Positions 1 through 8,828 of a stretch of 64,000 nt of DNA are shown piece after piece. Under the pieces are notes generated by a model. That model made no database searches. It saw nothing but the letters and a program-made list of their open reading frames with translations, and was not told the origin of the DNA. The DNA comes from an uncultured Bordetella sp. (GTDB taxonomy: Bacteria > Pseudomonadota > Gammaproteobacteria > Burkholderiales > SG8-41): contig CAZHFZ010000003.1 in NCBI GenBank assembly GCA_964531455.1, positions 26,372 to 90,371 on the forward strand. Reading direction: 5' to 3'. Position numbers and translations under genes: made by a program. Each line of letters begins with the position of its first letter. The stretch's first letter is position 1.

Positions 1-389
1 CCAGCCTGCCCGTGGTCTACGCCGACCGCGACCGCATTTTTCAGGTGGTCCTGAACCTGTTGTCGAATGCCGCCAATTTCTGTGACAAACCCGAAAGCCG
101 GGTAAGTGTCGCAGTGGTTGCGGAAGAGACCGCGTTACGCATCGAGATCATCGACAACGGCATTGGCATCAGCATGACAGACCAGGATGTCATTTTTGAA
201 AAATTCCGCCAGGTCAGCGATGCAGTGGCGGGCAAGCCCAAAGGCAGCGGCCTCGGATTGGCGATATCGCGAGAGATCGTCCAGCACTACAAAGGACGGC
301 TTTGGGTCGTGAGCACCCCTGGAATCGGCTCCACCTTTGCATTCACCCTGCCGCTGCCCCGCAACAAACTGTCTTTTCTGGGGGCCTGA
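1..389 (+). CDS. Sensor histidine kinase, C-terminal HATPase_c portion (5' end outside window)
   Basis: Frame open from window edge. GHKL ATPase motifs LLSNAANF, IDNGIGIS, GSGLGLAISREIV, GSTFAFTLP. Stop at 387-389. Confidence 0.85.
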   Translation, partial: SLPVVYADRDRIFQVVLNLLSNAANFCDKPESRVSVAVVAEETALRIEIIDNGIGISMTDQDVIFEKFRQVSDAVAGKPKGSGLGLAISREIVQHYKGRLWVVSTPGIGSTFAFTLPLPRNKLSFLGA

Positions 390-394
390 AATCA

Positions 395-787
395 ATGCCC
401 CGCCAAGCTCTCATCGTCGAAGATGAAGAAAACATCCTGCTTTCGCTCGAATTCCTGCTGACTCAGGAAGGTTACGTGGTAACTACTGCCGGGGATGGCG
501 CTGCCGCACTGCAAGCCGTAAACAAACAGACGCCTGACCTGGTGCTACTGGATGTGATGCTGCCGCTGATAGACGGCTTTGAAGTTTGCCGGCAGATGCG
601 CGCAAACCCTGCACTGCGCAATACACGCATCATCATGGTGACCGCGCGGGGCCGTGAAACCGAAATCAAGCGCGGCATGGCGCTGGGGGCCGACGCTTAC
701 CTCACCAAGCCATTTTCGACCCGGGAGTTGATGGACATAATCCGCATGCTGCTGGCCGAACCGCTTGGAAAAAATCCGGCTGCCTGA
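395..787 (+). CDS. Single-domain response regulator (REC only, CheY-like)
   Basis: ATG at 395, 5 nt after the kinase stop. ALIVEDEEN...DLVLLDVMLP...TKPF receiver motifs. No output domain (130 aa). Confidence 0.85.
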   Translation: MPRQALIVEDEENILLSLEFLLTQEGYVVTTAGDGAAALQAVNKQTPDLVLLDVMLPLIDGFEVCRQMRANPALRNTRIIMVTARGRETEIKRGMALGADAYLTKPFSTRELMDIIRMLLAEPLGKNPAA

Positions 788-794
788 GCCGGAT
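768..794 (-). terminator. Rho-independent terminator for the minus-strand OmpR-type regulator, embedded in the 3' end of the plus-strand REC gene
   Basis: Stem ATCCGGC(774-780)/GCCGGAT(788-794) with 7-nt loop. On the minus strand it is followed by a T6 run (plus-strand A-run 769-774). Lies 8 nt after the stop of 802..1476. Confidence 0.5.
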
Positions 795-801
795 CAGCGA
801 A

Positions 802-1476
802 TCATTGCTGTTCGGCGTAGTCGAGGATGTACCCCCGGCCATATAGGGTTCGCACAATCAGTCCCGTGTCGCCGATTTTCTTGCGCAGCCGGTGCACATA
901 GACTTCGATCGCGTTGTGGCTGACTTCCTGATCATAAGTATAGATCTGCTCCACCAGTTGCTCCTTGCTCACCGGCCGGCCGAAGCGCCGGACCAGCACC
1001 TCAAGCACACTCAATTCATGCAAGGACAGTGGCAAGGCATGACCACGAATGGAGGCCGTGCGTGTCGCAGGATCAAAACTCAGTTCACGATAGGTCAGCA
1101 CCGGCACTGCGGAGCCATGGCCTCGCCGCAGCAAAGCCCGCACCCGGGCCTGCAACTCATTGAGGCTGAAGGGTTTGACCAGATAATCGTCCGCGCCAAG
1201 GTCCAGTCCTGCGACTTTCTCCTCCGGCTGCTCCCGGCCCGAAAGTATCAGCACGGGCAGTGTCGAATTGCGCCGCCGCAAGCGGCGCAGAACTTCAAGC
1301 CCGTCAATTTTCGGCAGTCCGAGATCGAGGATCAAAAGTCCGAACTCAGCGCCTTTGAGTGCCTCGTCCGCATCAACCCCATTGGCAACCCAGTCAACAG
1401 CGAATCCTGACTGTGTCAGCGCAAAACGCAGCGCTTCGGCCAGCGCCGCGTCGTCCTCGCTGATCAGAATACGCAT
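802..1476 (-). CDS. OmpR/PhoB-family response regulator (QseB/TctD-like), no cognate kinase adjacent
   Basis: MRILISEDD..LILDLGLPKIDG..GADDYLVKPF receiver plus winged-helix C-terminus (AIEVYVHRLRKKIG...GRGYIL). 224 aa. Confidence 0.9.
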   Translation of the reverse strand: MRILISEDDAALAEALRFALTQSGFAVDWVANGVDADEALKGAEFGLLILDLGLPKIDGLEVLRRLRRRNSTLPVLILSGREQPEEKVAGLDLGADDYLVKPFSLNELQARVRALLRRGHGSAVPVLTYRELSFDPATRTASIRGHALPLSLHELSVLEVLVRRFGRPVSKEQLVEQIYTYDQEVSHNAIEVYVHRLRKKIGDTGLIVRTLYGRGYILDYAEQQ

Positions 1477-1694
1477 GCAAACTCCTCCAAAAGATAATTC
1501 ATAACTATTTGTTTAAAAACACTATTTTTATATAAACCGCTTCTGGAACCTACATCACAAAAGCAAGGCATTGTAGGGCCATGGTTCAGGATTTTGTAAG
1601 CATTTTTAACTAGGATGCCTGAGGGGAAAAAAGAACCAGCGGGGCTTTATGTACCTGCAACTACCCCACGGAATATCAACCAAAGGAGGGAAGC

Positions 1695-1961
1695 ATGGAA
1701 TTATCCCAAAAGCACCACGACTACTGGCGCAAGAATCTGGTCGTCACGGCCATTCTGCTTGGTATCTGGTTTATTGCAACGTTCGTCGTCGGCTGGAACG
1801 CGCGCGCGCTGAACGAAATCACGTTCCTTGGCTTCCCGCTAGGCTTCTACATGTCGGCACAAGGCTCGCTGATCATCTATGTGGTGATCATCGGCGTCTA
1901 TGCCTTGTACATGAAGAAACTCGACAAGGAATATGACGTGGCGGAAGGAGAACTCGAATGA
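1695..1961 (+). CDS. DUF4212 small membrane protein (symporter-associated subunit)
   Basis: 88 aa with two TM helices. GFPLGFYMSAQGSLIIYVVII motif typical of DUF4212. ATGA overlap with the downstream symporter. Confidence 0.8.
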   Translation: MELSQKHHDYWRKNLVVTAILLGIWFIATFVVGWNARALNEITFLGFPLGFYMSAQGSLIIYVVIIGVYALYMKKLDKEYDVAEGELE

Positions 1962-4012
1962 GCACCGGCACCTTCTCCCAATTGGCATTTAACCGCCAAC
2001 TGAAAAAAACCTACAGCTGGTATGTCGGCGGTTTCCTGATATTCCTTGTGGCGCTGGCAATCGCCGAACAAATGGGTCTGTCCAAGGCCTGGATCGGATA
2101 TGTCTTCCTGTTCGCGACCATCGGCCTTTACGCCGGCATCGGCATCATGAGCCGCACTGCAGAGGTGTCCGAGTACTATGTGGCGGGACGCCGTGTGCCG
2201 GCGCTGTTCAACGGCATGGCCACCGGCGCGGACTGGATGAGCGCAGCCTCCTTCATCGGCATGGCCGGCACGCTGTTTCTGTCCGGCTATGACGGGCTTG
2301 CCTTTGTCATGGGCTGGACAGGCGGTTACTGCCTGGTGGCGCTGTTCCTCGCACCCTATCTGCGCAAGTTCGGCCAGTTCACGATCCCCGATTTCCTCGG
2401 CGCCCGCTACGGCGGCAACATCGTGCGCACCATCGGCATCATCGCCGCGATCATCTGCTCCTTCGTCTACGTGGTGGCGCAGATCTACGGCGTGGGCCTG
2501 ATCACCAGCCGCTTCACCGGACTGGAATTCGGCATCGGCGTGTTCGTCGGCCTCGGCGGTATCCTGGTGTGCTCGATGCTGGGCGGCATGAAGGCGGTGA
2601 CCTGGACCCAGGTCGCACAGTACATCATCCTGATCATCGCCTACCTCACCCCGGTGGTCTGGCTCGGCATCAAGCACACCGGCATCCCGGTGCCGCAGGT
2701 CGCCTACGGCCCGGTGCTGCAGAAAGTCGGCGAGCTGGAGAAGAAGATCAACGCCGATCCGAAGGAACAGGAAGTACGCAAGATCTTCAAGGACCGCGCC
2801 GATACCGCCAACGCCAACCTCAAGGATCCGGCCAAGTCCTACGCCGACGGCAAGGCAAAGCTCGAGCAGAACGTGGCCAGCCTGAAAGCCGCCAATGCCC
2901 CGGCCGACCAACTCGCCGACGCAGAGAAGGCGCTCGCCGCCTATCCCAAGGACGAAGCGGCAGCCAAGGCGCAGTGGAACAAGGACAAGGGCCTCACGGC
3001 GCGCGCGAATCCGGTGCGACCTCACGCCGATCCTTTCCCCGGAAAAGACGAGAAGGCACGTGACATCGCCAGGCTGAATTTCCTCGGCATCGTGTTTTGC
3101 ATGATGTTCGGCACCGCCGCACTGCCGCACATCCTGATGCGCTACTACACGACGCCAAGTGTTCAGGAAGCCCGCGTATCGGTGTTCTGGTCTCTATTCT
3201 TCATTTTCCTGCTTTACTTTACGGCGCCCTGCCTCGCGGTACTCGCCAAGTTCGACATGTTCACCAACCTGGTCGGCAGCAGTTTCGCTTCATTGCCGGT
3301 GTGGGCGGCGGCATGGGCCAAAGTTGATCCAACTTTGCTCAACATCACAGACATCAACAAGGACGGCATCGTCCAGTGGGCAGAGGTGGTCATTGGCGGT
3401 GACCTGATCGTGCTGGCCACTCCGGAAATTGCCGGCTTGCCCTACGTCGTTTCGGGCCTGGTGGCTGCCGGCGGCCTGGCTGCTGCGCTGTCCACCGCAG
3501 ACGGTCTGCTGTTGACGATTGCCAACGCGCTGTCACACGACCTGTATTACAAAATGATCGATCCCGCAGCCTCTACCGGGAAACGCGTGACGATCTCCAA
3601 GGTTCTTCTGATTGTCGTGGCCATCAGCGCAGCGTGGGTGACTTCGCTCAAACCGGGTGACATCCTGTTCCTTGTCGGTGCGGCATTCTCGCTGGCAGCC
3701 TCGGCGTTTTTCCCGCCACTGGTATTGGGTGTATTCTGGAAACGGGCCAACAAGTGGGGCGCCATCATCGGCATGACGGCCGGTCTTTCGGTTTGCCTCT
3801 ACTACATGTTGCGAACCTACCCGTTCTTCACCAACATGGGCGTGCCGAAGATGGACCTCTGGTTCAACCTGAACCCGATCTCGGCCGGCGTCTTCGGCCT
3901 GCCGGTCGGCATCCTGACCATTGTTGTGGTCAGCCTTCTGACCAAGGCACCGGACAAGGAAACCCAGGAACTGGTGGAGCATGTCCGTTATCCGAATCTG
4001 AAAGCCGCATAA
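1958..4012 (+). CDS. Sodium:solute symporter family transporter (ActP/VC_2705-like cation/acetate-type permease) with large hydrophilic insertion
   Basis: 684 aa, polytopic. SSF motifs (YYVAGRRVP, GMATGADWMSAASFIG, ALPHILMRYYT). 4-nt overlap with the DUF4212 gene. Confidence 0.9.
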   Translation: MSTGTFSQLAFNRQLKKTYSWYVGGFLIFLVALAIAEQMGLSKAWIGYVFLFATIGLYAGIGIMSRTAEVSEYYVAGRRVPALFNGMATGADWMSAASFIGMAGTLFLSGYDGLAFVMGWTGGYCLVALFLAPYLRKFGQFTIPDFLGARYGGNIVRTIGIIAAIICSFVYVVAQIYGVGLITSRFTGLEFGIGVFVGLGGILVCSMLGGMKAVTWTQVAQYIILIIAYLTPVVWLGIKHTGIPVPQVAYGPVLQKVGELEKKINADPKEQEVRKIFKDRADTANANLKDPAKSYADGKAKLEQNVASLKAANAPADQLADAEKALAAYPKDEAAAKAQWNKDKGLTARANPVRPHADPFPGKDEKARDIARLNFLGIVFCMMFGTAALPHILMRYYTTPSVQEARVSVFWSLFFIFLLYFTAPCLAVLAKFDMFTNLVGSSFASLPVWAAAWAKVDPTLLNITDINKDGIVQWAEVVIGGDLIVLATPEIAGLPYVVSGLVAAGGLAAALSTADGLLLTIANALSHDLYYKMIDPAASTGKRVTISKVLLIVVAISAAWVTSLKPGDILFLVGAAFSLAASAFFPPLVLGVFWKRANKWGAIIGMTAGLSVCLYYMLRTYPFFTNMGVPKMDLWFNLNPISAGVFGLPVGILTIVVVSLLTKAPDKETQELVEHVRYPNLKAA

Positions 4013-4036
4013 ACAGCTTCGGTCTCAGCACTGCGA

Positions 4037-4066
4037 CAAGGCCCGCTTCGGCGGGCCTTGTTTTTT
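4037..4066 (+). terminator. Rho-independent terminator after symporter gene
   Basis: Perfect 10-bp stem CAAGGCCCGC/GCGGGCCTTG, TTCG loop, followed by T6 (4061-4066). Confidence 0.8.
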
Positions 4067-4115
4067 GCTAAGGCGCTCTGGAATACACCCTCCTCATGAT
4101 AGAATTCGCGCCCTC

Positions 4116-4207
4116 GGAGAGGTGGATGAGTGGTTTAAGTCGCACGCCTGGAAAGCGTGTTTACGGTGAAAGCCGTAACGAGGGTTCGAATCCCTCCCTC
4201 TCCGCCA
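4116..4207 (+). tRNA. tRNA-Ser (anticodon GGA), class II with long variable arm, CCA encoded
   Basis: Acceptor GGAGAGG/CCTCTCC. Anticodon stem CACGC/GCGTG with loop CTGGAAA. Variable arm TTTACGGTGAAAGCCGTAAC. T-arm GAGGGTTCGAATCCCTC. Terminal GCCA. Confidence 0.93.
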
Positions 4208-4371
4208 GAATCTTGACCGCCAACTCGCTCAGGCCGCGTTGAGGTCCCGCGAACGTTCAAGACCTCTCGATCAAAACTCTTGGGCGAAATCCTAAATACG
4301 CACGTTTAGGACTATCAACACGGCATTCGAGGTTGAGAGCGACTCGCAGTAGGCTGCGGCCACAGCCACAC

Positions 4372-5070
4372 TCAGACGAGTTGGGCCAGTTGCCCGGGTT
4401 CCAGATGACACCATTGGCCCATGGGCAGGCCCAGCGAATCCAGTGTGAGCTTACCGATCGCGCTGCGGCGCAATGAGACGCAGTGATTGCCCGCCGCGGC
4501 CAGCATGCGCTTCACCTGGTGGTATTTGCCCTGATCTATGCTGAGTTCCAGCAGATGCGTGTCCAGCATGCGCACCTGCGCGGCGATGGGCTTGTCCTCG
4601 TCAATGAGCTTCACGCCTTCCTGCAACTGCGCGACCAGTTGCGGCGTCACCGCCTCGAACACGGTGGCCTCATAGGTTTTGCATACATGCCGCTTCGGCG
4701 AGGACTGGGCGTGTATGAAGCCGCCGTCATCGGACAGCAGCAGCAGGCCGGTGGTGTCATGATCGAGGCGCCCTACGGGCTGGGTATTGCGGTTGACGTA
4801 TTCCTGCGGCAACAGGCTGAGGATGCCCGGATGGTGGCTGGGCTTGCGCGAACACTCGTAACCGGGAGGCTTGTGCAAACCGATGTAGAGATGCTGACGA
4901 AAAGTCCATTCTTTACCGCCAACGCTGAAGACCAGGCCTTCGCAGGGCAGGTCTTCGTCGGAATCAGTGATTAACCGTCCCGCCACGCTGACCTGCCCAT
5001 CCCGGATGAGCTGGCGGCACTGCTTGCGGCTGCCGAAGCCCTGGCTTTGAAGAATTTTTTCCAGAGTCAT
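4372..5070 (-). CDS. rsuA: 16S rRNA pseudouridine synthase (RsuA family)
   Basis: 232 aa. N-terminal S4 domain. Catalytic VGRLDHDTTGLLLLSDDG and GKYHQVKRMLAAAGN motifs align along the length with E. coli RsuA. Confidence 0.78.
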   Translation of the reverse strand: MTLEKILQSQGFGSRKQCRQLIRDGQVSVAGRLITDSDEDLPCEGLVFSVGGKEWTFRQHLYIGLHKPPGYECSRKPSHHPGILSLLPQEYVNRNTQPVGRLDHDTTGLLLLSDDGGFIHAQSSPKRHVCKTYEATVFEAVTPQLVAQLQEGVKLIDEDKPIAAQVRMLDTHLLELSIDQGKYHQVKRMLAAAGNHCVSLRRSAIGKLTLDSLGLPMGQWCHLEPGQLAQLV

Positions 5071-5948
5071 GGCAAAGGCACCGATCCCGATAGGCTGCTG
5101 CTGCGGTCCATGCCGGTGAAAAAGCGTTCCTGCAGGGACGTCAGTCCCAGTTGACCGAGCAGCGCATCAATTTTTTCAGCGGCCCGCCGGCGCGGCACAT
5201 CCTTGTTGAGGCTGGCGATGATGAGCTCGTTCTTCATGGAATGCTCCCAGCCCACCAGTTCGGTGACAGTCACCTGATAGCCGTGCGATTCCAGTTGCAG
5301 GCAGCGCAGCACATTGGTGACGTGGCTGCCGAATTCACGGGTGTGGAGTGGATGGCGCCAGATTGCCGCCAGCGGCTCGCCTGACTGGAAAGGAGTCTTA
5401 TTCTTGCGCAGCACGGCTGCGACTTCAGCCTGACAACAGGGCGCCAGCACGATGAAGCGTGCCTTTGCCGAAAGCGCGAACCGGATGGCGTCGTCGGTGG
5501 CGGTGTCGCAGGCATGCAGGGCTGTGACGATGTCCACCCCGGCAGAAAGGCCGGAGCTGGCCATGCTCGAAATGGCCTGATCGACCTGCAGGTTAAGGAA
5601 GGACATGGCATCGAAGCCGAGTTGCGAAGCGAGCTCCCGGGACTTGATTACCAGATCATCGCGGGATTCGATGCCCACGACCTGCGAGCCGGGCGCGAGT
5701 GATTTGAAAAACAGGTCATAAAGAATGAAGCCGAGATAAGACTTTCCCGCGCCGCAATCCACGAGTCTGATATTGCCTTGCTCCTGCTTGATCTGCTGCA
5801 GCAACGGCTCGATGAATTGATACAGGTGATAAACCTGCTTCAGTTTTCGCCGGCTGTCCTGGTTGAGCCGGCCGTCGCGCGTCAGGATATGCAGTGCCTT
5901 CAGCAGTTCAATGGACTGGCCGGGGCGGATTTCTGGTTTGTCTTGCAT
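5067..5948 (-). CDS. Class I SAM-dependent methyltransferase, translationally coupled to rsuA
   Basis: VDCGAGKSYLG SAM-binding motif I. 293 aa. ATGA stop/start overlap with rsuA (5067-5070). Confidence 0.75.
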   Translation of the reverse strand: MQDKPEIRPGQSIELLKALHILTRDGRLNQDSRRKLKQVYHLYQFIEPLLQQIKQEQGNIRLVDCGAGKSYLGFILYDLFFKSLAPGSQVVGIESRDDLVIKSRELASQLGFDAMSFLNLQVDQAISSMASSGLSAGVDIVTALHACDTATDDAIRFALSAKARFIVLAPCCQAEVAAVLRKNKTPFQSGEPLAAIWRHPLHTREFGSHVTNVLRCLQLESHGYQVTVTELVGWEHSMKNELIIASLNKDVPRRRAAEKIDALLGQLGLTSLQERFFTGMDRSSSLSGSVPLP

Positions 5949-6459
5949 GGTCTACTATTTTAGGAAATGCCTAACCAACGACTCAAGCACGTCGTGAAAA
6001 ATACGCTATTGATCTTGATCTGTATTCCGGGGCAATAAGGAAACAGTTTTTGAGCGAAGTCCTCAAAATCCTCATTTTTGCCACTGCCTTGCTTGACCAT
6101 CGCACCCAAGACGCAGGTGGCGAAGAGAGCCCGCCCCATGAACATCTCCATGACTTGCGCCTGCTCGGCAACAACGACCCGAGCTTTAAATTTTGTATTC
6201 TGCGATTGCGGAGTGATAAAGATACCAGATCATCCCCCTGCCATCAGAAGGAAAATCAGGAAGACCAGTGCACCACTGATCGCGGCTGAAAAGTTCTAAA
6301 GGCTCAAGATTGTCAACCCAACAATTCTGATCCAAGGACTTTCAACCAATGACTTTTACAGTCAAATTACTCAGAAAAACAAATTGGGACAGCCAGAATA
6401 AAAATTAACCTGTTGTTTTAATTACGATGTTATCGAAAAACTTTGGCGTAAAAGATGAC

Positions 6460-6900
6460 CTAAACGAGTCTGTTTTTCTCCTGCAAGCCGTCAATGTCCG
6501 CACGCTCGCCCCGAACGCGGAAGAATGCGCCCTACGCATCGGCACGTTCCTCCAGCACGGCACAATTGGCAAACAATTCGCCGCGCAAGTGCTGCGCCGA
6601 CCAAGGCAGGAACAGCCCGGCCTTGACCAGACAACGACTGAAAAAGCACGGATAGACTAGCGAAGCCTGGCAAGCGCATCCATGGCGAAAGCACTTATCA
6701 CAATGCAATTGGGGAATGGCGCGCGCAACGGTTTTGCGCGCTCAACCTGCACTTTGGCGTCGCCGACCCGGTCGATCTTGTTGAATACACGCAGGCGCAG
6801 CACCTTGCCTGCGTCTATTTCCTCAATGATCTTCTCGGTGACTGCGATCTGGTATTCGAAGCCGGGGTCGCTGGCATCAATCACGTGCAGCAGCAATGAA
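6460..6900 (-). pseudogene. Decayed 3' fragment of an HflX-type GTPase gene
   Basis: Minus-strand translation LLLHVIDASDPGFEYQIAVTEKIIEEIDAGKV...ARLR*SIRAF(frameshift)..LVKAGLFLPWSAQHLRGELFANCAVLEERADA*GAFFRVRGERADIDGLQE is colinear with the C-terminal third of the full hflX at 8829-9290. It carries two in-frame TAG stops and a 1-nt deletion. No N-terminal or G-domain start. Confidence 0.85.
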
Positions 6901-6903
6901 TGC

Positions 6904-7410
6904 TTACGATCCACCCACCCACAGCAGCGCCATGCCGGCACCCACGCCGGCCGGAATGCCGACCCTCTTCAGTGCGCCTGCCGGAGCGCCGGTAATCACC
7001 TCGACCGGTACCGTGCAGTGCTCGAGCAAGCGGTTGGTGAGTGAGTTCTCGACGGCTCGCACGAGCGCGCTCTTGCGCGTAGTGCCGATAACGATGCGGT
7101 TGCACAGCAGGCGGCGCGCTGCGTTGGCTATGCAGTGCGCCTTGTCGCCGACCTCCGTGTAAACGCGGTATGGAACGCAAGCAGCGTCGAGTAATTGCCG
7201 TGCCTCCGCAAGCGCTTCGTGGGCACGTTCACGGTGGAAGTCGGCACGCACTCCTCGGCTGATGTGACGCGCCACGTAAGCCGAGAACGGGGGCTGCACA
7301 TTCAGCAGATGAACCATCAGCCTGTCATCGCGGCGGAACATATCGATGACATGCCGAACAGCAAGCAGTGCGTTGTGGGTTCCGTCGCAAGGTACAAGTA
7401 GCGTGGCCAT
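6904..7410 (-). CDS. Universal stress protein (UspA family) with hydrophobic C-terminal tail
   Basis: Start ATG 7410 preceded by GGAGAT. MATLLVPCDGTHNALLAVRH...RIVIGTTRKS...VPVEVI Usp fold motifs. C-terminal GIPAGVGAGMALLWVGG. Confidence 0.8.
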   Translation of the reverse strand: MATLLVPCDGTHNALLAVRHVIDMFRRDDRLMVHLLNVQPPFSAYVARHISRGVRADFHRERAHEALAEARQLLDAACVPYRVYTEVGDKAHCIANAARRLLCNRIVIGTTRKSALVRAVENSLTNRLLEHCTVPVEVITGAPAGALKRVGIPAGVGAGMALLWVGGS

Positions 7411-7805
7411 CTGGATATCTCCCGAAAAAAGTGGGTAGTCGTCCGTCATTCGTTGCCTCTGCAAAAACCAAACAGCGCCAGCATGCTGAAGGACAGGTAG
7501 TGCATATTGCGCTGCAACCAACGGGGCGGATCAAAACAACTATGCCTTGGCGGGCGACTACGCGAATCCGGCCGCATCAATACGAGATTCAGCCCGCGCC
7601 GCACAAGCGCTGCCAACGCCTGAGTCACTATGGAACCATGACTGTGGAAATCGACAATCACCTTGGGCACACGAATCGCCGTCAATGGCGATGTATAGGA
7701 TATAGAGCTGGCTAATCCCATGAAAAGCAGATTATTTTGTTGTCATCATCCCAAAAAAACGGATAATTGATCCAGCGCAGTGCGAAATTCTCTTCAACAG
7801 CACCC

Positions 7806-8738
7806 ATGAACTACAAACACCTCCACTACTTCCTGCAGGTGGCCAAACTCGGCGGTGTGCTGCGCGCCAGCGAACAGCTGCGCCTGTCGCCGCAGACCAT
7901 CAGCGGGCAAATCCAGTTGCTGGAGGAGGCGCTCGGCACGCCTCTGTTCGAGAAGAGCGGGCGCGGCCTGGCGCTGACCGATGCCGGGCGCATGGTGCTC
8001 GGCTACGCCGAGGACATCTTCTCGATTGGTGCCGAACTCGAAGAGGCCGTGCGTGACCATCCCGGCAGGCGCAAGCTGCTGGAGTTCCGCGTCGGGGTGG
8101 CCGATGCCGTGCCGAAGACCATCGCCTGCCGGTTGATCGAGCCGGCCGCGCAGTTGTCGACACCGGTTCGCATCATCTGCCGCGAGTGGAAATTGGATAC
8201 GCTGCTCGGTGAACTGGCCATGCATCGACTGGACCTCGTAATTGCCGATGCGCCGATCCCTTCCGCCGTAAGCGTTCGCGCTTTCAACCACAGGCTGGGC
8301 GGCTGCGGCGTAAGCTTCTTCGCGGCCCCGTCGCTGTTTGAGTCGTACAAGGGTAACTTCCCGGCATGCCTGGACCGCGCGCCGCTGGTGTTGCCGGCCG
8401 TGGAGTCGGCGGTCGGCCAGCGCCTGCGGGCCTGGCTGCAGGCACGGTCACTGCACCCCCGGATCGTTTGCGAGTGCGACGACAGTGCCCTGGCCAAGGA
8501 GTTCGGACGACGGGGATTGGGCATCTTCATCGGACCCACCGTGCTCGAACGGGACATTGAGAAAAAGTACGGCGTACGTGCGCTCGGCGCGACGCCCGAG
8601 GTCATGGAAGAGTTTTTCGCGATCTCGGTTGAGCGCCGCATCACGCATCCATGCGTAACAGCGATCACCGAGGCGGCACGCAACGATCTGTTCGCACCAC
8701 CTCCTGCCCGAAAACGCGCCAGGCGGGCCACCGCTTGA
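7806..8738 (+). CDS. LysR-family transcriptional regulator, NhaR-like
   Basis: MNYKHLHYFLQVAKLGGVLRASEQLRLSPQTISGQIQLLEE HTH closely resembles the NhaR N-terminus. LysR substrate-binding domain follows. Divergent from usp. Confidence 0.85.
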   Translation: MNYKHLHYFLQVAKLGGVLRASEQLRLSPQTISGQIQLLEEALGTPLFEKSGRGLALTDAGRMVLGYAEDIFSIGAELEEAVRDHPGRRKLLEFRVGVADAVPKTIACRLIEPAAQLSTPVRIICREWKLDTLLGELAMHRLDLVIADAPIPSAVSVRAFNHRLGGCGVSFFAAPSLFESYKGNFPACLDRAPLVLPAVESAVGQRLRAWLQARSLHPRIVCECDDSALAKEFGRRGLGIFIGPTVLERDIEKKYGVRALGATPEVMEEFFAISVERRITHPCVTAITEAARNDLFAPPPARKRARRATA

Positions 8739-8828
8739 GCGAAATTGCGCCGGTCCATGCAGCGAAGATCAGACCCAAAAAATCAACGTTGCATATTGAG
8801 GTAACGGCCTCTTCAGGCGGAGATTGAT

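Noticed and set aside
1898-3130. 410-aa ORF antisense to the symporter. Similar cases are 8003-8758 (opposite LysR), 20512-21282 (opposite Bug), 50530-51330 and 49864-50514 (opposite prpD), and 63025-63627 (opposite the RND pump).
   Set aside because: Same shadow-ORF reasoning. No recognisable domains.
4116-4400. tRNA-Ser as a possible genomic-island integration site.
   Set aside because: No integrase gene nearby. I found no direct repeat of the tRNA 3' end elsewhere in the window. The flanking genes (rsuA, methyltransferase) are housekeeping.
7411-7805. ORFs 7368-7715 (+), 7446-7721 (-) and 7325-7534 (-) in the usp/LysR divergent spacer.
   Set aside because: They mutually overlap, lack RBS and have Arg/Cys/Trp-rich composition. 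The region is more plausibly a shared promoter. No FNR-type full site was found here, only isolated ATCAA half-sites.
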